This document shows positions 57,927 through 64,000 of a DNA stretch of 64,000 bases, one piece after another. This DNA is from an uncultured Verrucomicrobiae bacterium (lineage in GTDB: Bacteria; Verrucomicrobiota; Verrucomicrobiia; Chthoniobacterales; JAFAMB01). The notes below the pieces were generated by a model. That model saw nothing but the letters and a program-made list of their open reading frames with translations, did no database searches and was not told where the DNA came from. Where the stretch lies: the NCBI GenBank assembly GCA_963837955.1, contig CAWIPH010000002.1, positions 4,576,001 to 4,640,000 on the forward strand, read 5' to 3'. How positions within the stretch are numbered: position 1 is the stretch's first letter; each line of letters begins with the position of its first letter. Both the position numbers and the translations under genes were made by a program.

Positions 57927-59351
57927 TCAATCTCGCGAGTTGTGCCGAAAATCTGTGCCGACTTCCGGCTCGCGACGTCGCGCGGTTGCTAAACTATTTG
58001 GTTGGGTTAGCGACGTTTGCTGGCCAGTGATAGCTGGCGCGTCGTTTTTGCTGAGGGCCACCGTTCGTACTCGCCTCTCCGCCATAACCGCGTGCAGAAA
58101 TATGGCCGCAAAAAAGAGCTCAAAAGGCTGGGTGGCGGCGTAAGGAATTCGCGGAGTGGTGTTCACCGGCTGCGTCCAAGCGAGCGGCAACATTTGCAAG
58201 AGGTAGAACAGCAACAGCCAGAAGTAAGGCGTCCGTCTTTGCCGCCAAGCGATCCAAATTCCCGCCAAAGCTGCGAGGTAAAGCACAGGCAGACGCTCTC
58301 GATCCATCGGTATGATAAAAAAGACTTTCCAGCACCCCAGCAAAAATCGCTGGCAAGCGTCGAGCAGCGAATGAGAAGCAAAATAGTCACTGGCAGTCAG
58401 CAGGCGAGGGCTATCCATCGATTCGAGATAACTATTACCCCAAAGAAAGTTTTGAATCGCTCCGTGATAAAACGGGTTCCCGAAATAATACAAATGCGAG
58501 AACCAACTCGGCGCGGTGATGACAACCAGAACGAGCGCGGCGAGCGCGCAGTGCCACCAAGTGACGGAATACTGCGTGTCCGACTTCGCCCTGTCGTCTG
58601 AAACTCCGGAAGCTTCGTCAGACAAGTCGGCCCCGCGGCCGCGGGGGCGTGTCGGCGTGACGGCGTGTCGGCGTAGCTTCCGGATCGACGGGCGCTCGGA
58701 TCCGAAGAAATACTGACCGAATTCGAAACAGGTAATGGCTGCCAGTGCGGAGAATGACAGAAACAGTCCGTTTACCCGGTCGAGATAATCGAGACCAAGA
58801 CTCAGAGCAAGCAGCGAAAGATAAACCCAACGGCGGACCCCTACGTAACCGAGAAAACAGGCTATGATACAAACCAGCAAAAGGAGATGGAGCGGCTCAC
58901 TGTTTAGTCCACGCACGGATTGGTCGTAAACGAACGGGTTCAGGACGAAGAGCGTTGCGATGATAGCAGCGGAGGCCGATTCGAACAAAAGGCCGCGGAG
59001 AATCAGAAAGAGACTGATCGCGGTGACAATGGTCACACCCACGTTGACCAACCTGATCGCGAACAGATTGTCGTTGGTCGTTTTCATCACACCGGCAACG
59101 AGCAAGGAAAAGAGCGGCTGGCGATAGGGCCAGCCTTTCTCGTAGGACATCGAAAAATCGCCCGACGCGAATGCCTGGGCGATTACGTAATAATGCATCG
59201 CGTCCTTGGTGAAATAGGTCTGCCAATTGGAGTCCTGCTTCAGGTCGCGATCGATCTCCCGGATCGACGCCAACAGGTAAAGGGCGGTCGCCAAAGCGAG
59301 GATGCAAATGCCGACCCGCCCAGCTAGTGATTGTGGATTCGCGCTAGACAT
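57927..59351 (-). CDS. polytopic membrane protein, GT-C/ArnT-PMT glycosyltransferase-like, with in-frame repeat insertion
   Basis: TM1 then D..Y...A loop, RQPLFS, NP......G.NSEPL, multiple TM helices. Confidence 0.7.
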   Translation of the reverse strand: MSSANPQSLAGRVGICILALATALYLLASIREIDRDLKQDSNWQTYFTKDAMHYYVIAQAFASGDFSMSYEKGWPYRQPLFSLLVAGVMKTTNDNLFAIRLVNVGVTIVTAISLFLILRGLLFESASAAIIATLFVLNPFVYDQSVRGLNSEPLHLLLLVCIIACFLGYVGVRRWVYLSLLALSLGLDYLDRVNGLFLSFSALAAITCFEFGQYFFGSERPSIRKLRRHAVTPTRPRGRGADLSDEASGVSDDRAKSDTQYSVTWWHCALAALVLVVITAPSWFSHLYYFGNPFYHGAIQNFLWGNSYLESMDSPRLLTASDYFASHSLLDACQRFLLGCWKVFFIIPMDRERLPVLYLAALAGIWIAWRQRRTPYFWLLLFYLLQMLPLAWTQPVNTTPRIPYAATQPFELFFAAIFLHAVMAERRVRTVALSKNDAPAITGQQTSLTQPNSLATARRREPEVGTDFRHNSRD

Positions 59352-59681
59352 CAGCAGTGCGCCATTATCACCGAGACAGAAGTTGCGCCAGAGCAAATTG
59401 TCGAGAGAACAGAGCGGGGGCGTAGCTCTACAGAGTGATTGGTGAGAAGTGAGAGGTGATTAGCGAGAGGCAAATCGGCGCCCGTTTCGGAAAATGAAAA
59501 TAGCCGCAAAGAACACAAAGACTCGCAAAAGAGATCACAAGAAGGGTGCAACGCCCTCTGTTCGCTCCGTTTCCTCCTGTTCAACTGTCTTTCAAACGAA
59601 GCTGGTGCTGAATCTTTGTGATCTTCGCGATCTTCTTGTGAAAAATAATAAGAAAATCTCCGTTATCCGATCCAGCTGACC

Positions 59682-60497
59682 CTAAGGGGATGGAGACGTG
59701 CTCGGCGCAACGAGATCTCCGACCACTTCATGCTTTGCAATCCGCACGTCGATAATGTTCGGAGTTAAAGGCGGGATCTTTGCTCCAGTCAGCAGGGCCT
59801 GATCGGGCAGAATGCGGAGACCTTTACTCCAGGGAGTCGCGGGCGTGGGGGGCGGTGAAGGATCTTTCCCTAGTGCGACGACTCCGCCGGTCAACGTCAC
59901 ATTTTGCGACGTGACAATCTTCGCTGGATCCGATCGCCCGGAGATGATCACCGCGTGAATACCTGTCGCCGCGGACCTACCTGGTCCACCTCCTCCACTG
60001 CCGGCAGTTCCCCCGGGACTGTCGCCACCGGATACGAGGGATTGGCCTGCAGCGGAACTCCATTCCTGAGAAGGGAATCCCGCCAGAGATTCCAAAGGTC
60101 TGCTGTACCAAACCTGCTCTTCGATGATCAGGTTCTGATTTGAAGGATTCGAGAATTGGAAACTGCCTGTGGCAATGCGAAATGGCACCCCGGGACTAAG
60201 ATCGCCGCCGAAGGCTCCCGGCAATGGTGTGACGGAATATTTGTAAAGTAAATTACTGTTTGAATCCCAGATTACGATGCCGACGAAGCCTTCTTCAGTT
60301 GGTCCTGCCCCTGGCTTGTGTATGCCGGTATATTCATCGTAAAGCTGATAACTTATGGTTGTTGGGCCGGCCTTACTGAAAATGGGAATGGATGGGTTTT
60401 TGTAACCCGTGAAGCTTATCGGCGCGCCGGCTTCAGCGCGAAAAATGGTTGCCGCCACAAAGATGAGCGAAAGAAGGAGCCTGGTTGCAACAATCAT
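59682..60497 (-). CDS. hypothetical exported protein, G/S/P-rich
   Basis: Signal peptide (AEA), 271 aa. Confidence 0.7.
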   Translation of the reverse strand: MIVATRLLLSLIFVAATIFRAEAGAPISFTGYKNPSIPIFSKAGPTTISYQLYDEYTGIHKPGAGPTEEGFVGIVIWDSNSNLLYKYSVTPLPGAFGGDLSPGVPFRIATGSFQFSNPSNQNLIIEEQVWYSRPLESLAGFPSQEWSSAAGQSLVSGGDSPGGTAGSGGGGPGRSAATGIHAVIISGRSDPAKIVTSQNVTLTGGVVALGKDPSPPPTPATPWSKGLRILPDQALLTGAKIPPLTPNIIDVRIAKHEVVGDLVAPSTSPSP

Positions 60498-60552
60498 ATG
60501 CGTTTTATTTGGCTATATCTTACGTCTTTAAAGCTTGTTGTAATTAGAAATC

Positions 60553-60590
60553 GAGAAAGAAGGAAGGGAGCCTTTCGACTCCCTCTCTTC
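60553..60590 (-). terminator. possible terminator of TBDR5
   Basis: GAAG..AGGGAG/CTCCCT..CTTC stem, weak U-tract. Confidence 0.45.
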
Positions 60591-60614
60591 ACTCGATACA
60601 ATCGCTAACTTAGA

Positions 60615-63557
60615 TTAGAACTTCTTTTCGACGGACACGTAGTAAAAGCGACCAATTGGATCGGCATTATTAAAGTCGTAGCCGTTTCCGCTATTCTGAT
60701 CAATCGACAGCGGCGGATGGGCGTCGAAGATATTCTTGATACCAAAAGTGACCGTGGTGTTAGCGAGAAACGTACGCCAACCCCAGCGCGAGCCTTCGGG
60801 CTTTGGCGCAATCGCCTTTTCGCCGACCAGTCGTTTCCCCTCTTTATCGTACCCTGGTTTCGGTGTTTCCGGTGTAACCAACGTAGGGACACCAAAAATG
60901 TAGGCGATTTGCCAGTCGACAGTGGTGTAGCTGCCGATCAGGTGGACGTACCCAGGAGAATCCAGGCCGTTATTCAGGTTTGGCGCCGACCCTTTGCGAT
61001 TGTTGAATACATCGGCCTCGGAATCGGTGAAATTGAGCGTAAATCCGGTTCGGAACGTGTCAATGCTGCAGATGGTCTTGTCGTAGAAAATACTAGCAAC
61101 CAACTTGAAATCGGGACCCGAGCCGTTGACGTTTGCGCCCGTACGATATTGGTCGTCGGCGGTATAGACCTGAAAGCGTGGTTGACCTGCCTTTGGGCTA
61201 CCAGGAGGGAAGGTGCCGACGAGAGTCTTCACAGCATAATTGTAGACGTACGTCGCATTGGCTTCCATATCCAGCTTACCCCAAGGGTACTCCTTGGTGA
61301 CATAGGTCGCTCCAAAATCGATATAATCGGCCAAAAGGGTTCCGACGTTGACGAACGGATTAATCACCTCGCGGATTGAACCATTGGGATTAAACAAGAC
61401 TGCGGTACCAGGAAACGCGCTGGGATTGTTCACGACGGTCTGAGTCGGAACCGTTCCGATGATTTGGCGAAGCTCAACCTGGAACCAGTCGACATAGGCA
61501 GTGAAACCGTTCAGCCAACCCCACCAGCTATGCTCGGGATCCTTGGCGCCCGGAGTCCAAAGCACTTCCGCATAGTATTCGTAGGCGTTTTCGGACTTCA
61601 ACTTTGAGTTCCCGCCATTTGCCAGAAGAATGGTTTCCCGATTGCCAGTTCTTGGATTAGTTACGAGTGCCTGGAACTCAAGTGGCGTGGTAAACAGCTG
61701 AGACAAGGAGGGCGCAACGAAAGCTTCCGAATAGGTGCCCCGGAAGGTCAGATCGTCGAATGGCTTATACATGATGGCGATCTGCGGTTTGGCGGCACTA
61801 TTGAAGAGGGTATAATCGTCGTAACGTTCAGATACCACGACTTGTAGTGACCGCATACCGGGCCAAGACCATTTTTCTCCGAAAATCGGAATCGAAGCTT
61901 GGACGTAGCCGCTTTTCACGTAGCGGCGCGCATTGGTGCCTTCTCCGAGAAAATTCCCCGCGACGATGTTCCGGTTCACACTGTTCGGATCATTCGAAAT
62001 GATCAATTCCTGGCTACGGTACTCCAGACCGCCAGCCACCGTGAGCGGACCGCTGCATAAATCGATAAGGGTGCCGCCGGCGTGGATGTTCCAGGTAAGG
62101 ATGTTAGTTCGAGCATCTTGGCGCTGTTCCGCGCGGATTGCGTCCACTAATGAGCCGTTGATCTTGCCCGAGACCGACTGATCAGTGAAGGGGTCATAAA
62201 ACTGGCCGATGTGGCCGGGGAGCAGGCCCTCGAGCGCCAATTGAAGCCTGTCGTTTGCGGCTCCGTTGGTGAAGGTCTGAGTCGAGTCACTTTCGCCATA
62301 GGCGAAGCTGGCATCGATAAACCAGCTGTGCGGTAACTGGATCGTAGCACCAACCACATTAAAGATTGTTCGAGTGATTGTGTGCTCTTTCCATGGCCCA
62401 AATTCATTAAACGCCTGCCCGTTCGGCAGAAGGGCTTCGCCGGTCGTATTGAATGGGTTGTTAGCAGGAATGAAGATGGTCGTACCGGCGACCGCATCAC
62501 CAGTGCTCATTCCCTGATTCTGAGTGACACCGCTTTCCTCGCTTCGCTGAACGAGAAGGAAATCGTAAAAATTAAGCCACTGGGTCGGACTGAAATTTAT
62601 TTTGACCAGGCCGCCATAGCGTTCTTCGCGAGCCGCCAGCTCGGTATTGAAAGGAATAAAGGCATCGGCCGGAGCGTTGCCAACTGCTAGTGTCGGGGTT
62701 CTCGAACCAGGCGGTGTGAAGAAGGTAGTCCCGCTCGTAACTCCACTGAAAGAACCAAAAGGTGAAAAGAAACCTGTGGATGTATCCGGGTATTTGGGCG
62801 AGAGCTTGCTCTTGTCGCCGTAGGCGTACCAGCGATCGAGCGCGTCGATCGGGCTTTGGGAGTAGTAGTCAAAAGCTGCTACGATGCTTAACTTGGAGTC
62901 ATCAGACCACAATTTTTGCGAAACACCGGCGGTCAATGAGCTGTGAAACGTCTCGTAGTCGCCCCGCGAACTGATGCCATAGTAGTTGTAGATGTCGGCG
63001 CCATTGTAGTCGTTTTTCAGGATAATGTTGACCACTCCGGCGACGGCATCGTCGCCGTAGATGGCGCTAGCACCGTCTTTAAGAATTTCGATACGATCGA
63101 TGGCAGCGAGCGGAATCGAGTTGAGGTCAACGAAAGAGAATGCTGAACCGAGTGGGATCGGAAAATCCGGGAAGCGATGACCATCGACCAAAGTCAGGGT
63201 ACGATTAACCCCTAACCCTCTCAGGTTAACGGCGGCGGAGGCGGGCGAAGAGTTGATACCCGCGTTTGTGTAGGTACTCAAAGAAGAGTTGTTATAAGGT
63301 ATTCCCCGCAGCACATCGGTTACGGTCTGATAAGCTTGCTTTTGAACATAATCCTGATCGTAGGTCACAACCGGCTGAGGACCTTCCCCGACCCGAGGAA
63401 TAATGTACCCGGTTACCGTGATTTGTTGTAATTGCCCTCCCTGCCCTGGTGCGCCGGGGCTTGGCGCGGGTTCCTGCGCGGACGCGGTCACCCCGAGCGT
63501 CATGGCAAGCGCCAGTTCAGCCACAAGGGCCAAACCAAAGTGTTTTAATTTAATCAT
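60615..63557 (-). CDS. TonB-dependent receptor, paralog 5
   Basis: QITVTG, LRGLG..RTL.LVDG.R plug, GIKNIFD, terminal EKKF; start ATG 63557. Confidence 0.95.
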   Translation of the reverse strand: MIKLKHFGLALVAELALAMTLGVTASAQEPAPSPGAPGQGGQLQQITVTGYIIPRVGEGPQPVVTYDQDYVQKQAYQTVTDVLRGIPYNNSSLSTYTNAGINSSPASAAVNLRGLGVNRTLTLVDGHRFPDFPIPLGSAFSFVDLNSIPLAAIDRIEILKDGASAIYGDDAVAGVVNIILKNDYNGADIYNYYGISSRGDYETFHSSLTAGVSQKLWSDDSKLSIVAAFDYYSQSPIDALDRWYAYGDKSKLSPKYPDTSTGFFSPFGSFSGVTSGTTFFTPPGSRTPTLAVGNAPADAFIPFNTELAAREERYGGLVKINFSPTQWLNFYDFLLVQRSEESGVTQNQGMSTGDAVAGTTIFIPANNPFNTTGEALLPNGQAFNEFGPWKEHTITRTIFNVVGATIQLPHSWFIDASFAYGESDSTQTFTNGAANDRLQLALEGLLPGHIGQFYDPFTDQSVSGKINGSLVDAIRAEQRQDARTNILTWNIHAGGTLIDLCSGPLTVAGGLEYRSQELIISNDPNSVNRNIVAGNFLGEGTNARRYVKSGYVQASIPIFGEKWSWPGMRSLQVVVSERYDDYTLFNSAAKPQIAIMYKPFDDLTFRGTYSEAFVAPSLSQLFTTPLEFQALVTNPRTGNRETILLANGGNSKLKSENAYEYYAEVLWTPGAKDPEHSWWGWLNGFTAYVDWFQVELRQIIGTVPTQTVVNNPSAFPGTAVLFNPNGSIREVINPFVNVGTLLADYIDFGATYVTKEYPWGKLDMEANATYVYNYAVKTLVGTFPPGSPKAGQPRFQVYTADDQYRTGANVNGSGPDFKLVASIFYDKTICSIDTFRTGFTLNFTDSEADVFNNRKGSAPNLNNGLDSPGYVHLIGSYTTVDWQIAYIFGVPTLVTPETPKPGYDKEGKRLVGEKAIAPKPEGSRWGWRTFLANTTVTFGIKNIFDAHPPLSIDQNSGNGYDFNNADPIGRFYYVSVEKKF

Positions 63558-63802
63558 TTCTCCTTGGGTTTCTATATTCGGTGACCGGATTTCTCTTCTC
63601 CGAGCCACCTGGGTATTAAATGAATGCCACAGCGTTGGTTAAGGTGCCGGAAAACAGCCGGACGCAGGTGGATACCAGGAATTATTTCCCGGAATCGTCC
63701 TAGCCAAACGCCTTCAAGCTGATGCCGTTTTGTAAGAAAAACGGCACACGGTCAAGAAAAGTTGAGAAATTTTTTGAACATCTCCGATGCTTGGGTGTCA
63801 AC
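63558..63802 (-). promoter_or_regulatory. conserved TBDR upstream module, copy 5
   Basis: TTGACA-N17-TTCAAAA, CTTGACC-N15-TACAAAA, hairpin, TTTTCCGGC, CTTAACC, RBS. Confidence 0.7.
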
Positions 63803-64000
63803 GTGGCGATAACTCACTAACTCGATGGGAATTTAGGAGATTTTCGCGCGGAAACGGGACAGCGAACTACGGTTACTTTGCTGGAGCCCTTTGAGCTTAG
63901 ACTGCGAGCTTCGATGGATGGTTATATAACACCACGCAAAGATGTTCGGTTAAGCGATTAACCGCGAAGGACACTATGTAGGAAGCGAACCGGAAGCCGT

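Noticed and set aside
43847..63557. Diversity-generating retroelement or invertase shufflon acting on the receptors
   Set aside because: No reverse transcriptase or recombinase in the window, no adenine-specific TR/VR pair, and all copies are co-oriented and full length

Overview
Bacterial chromosome window, most likely from a soil verrucomicrobium (Chthoniobacterales/Spartobacteria-like; inferred from gene and repeat style, not searched). From left to right it holds: an mhq-like VOC dioxygenase/esterase/DoxX cluster with a LysR regulator; two small exported proteins; a DeoR-aldolase-PfkB-lipoyl/E1alpha-E1beta sugar operon; a rhodanese-YceI fusion; a sugar ABC ATPase; a polyol dehydrogenase; a serine hydrolase; an MntR-...-Ser/Thr kinase (PEGA) operon; a KS/CLF-like ketosynthase pair; a NifS-type desulfurase; vapBC; prpBCD; OmpA-like and L,D-transpeptidase genes; ytfQRT-yjfF; and an AI-2E transporter. 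The last 20 kb is an array of five paralogous TonB-dependent receptors. They share an unusual, highly conserved ~40-aa insert in a predicted periplasmic turn and a conserved ~220-245-bp upstream promoter/structured-leader module. Intergenic DNA is built from several nested repeat families: 7-9-bp tandem units, REP/REPIN-like palindromes, and a tiny 32-76-bp palindromic element. That element inserts with 2-bp duplications into other repeats, into itself and in-frame into a CDS. No tRNA, rRNA, CRISPR array or transposase gene was seen. All alignments were done by eye.
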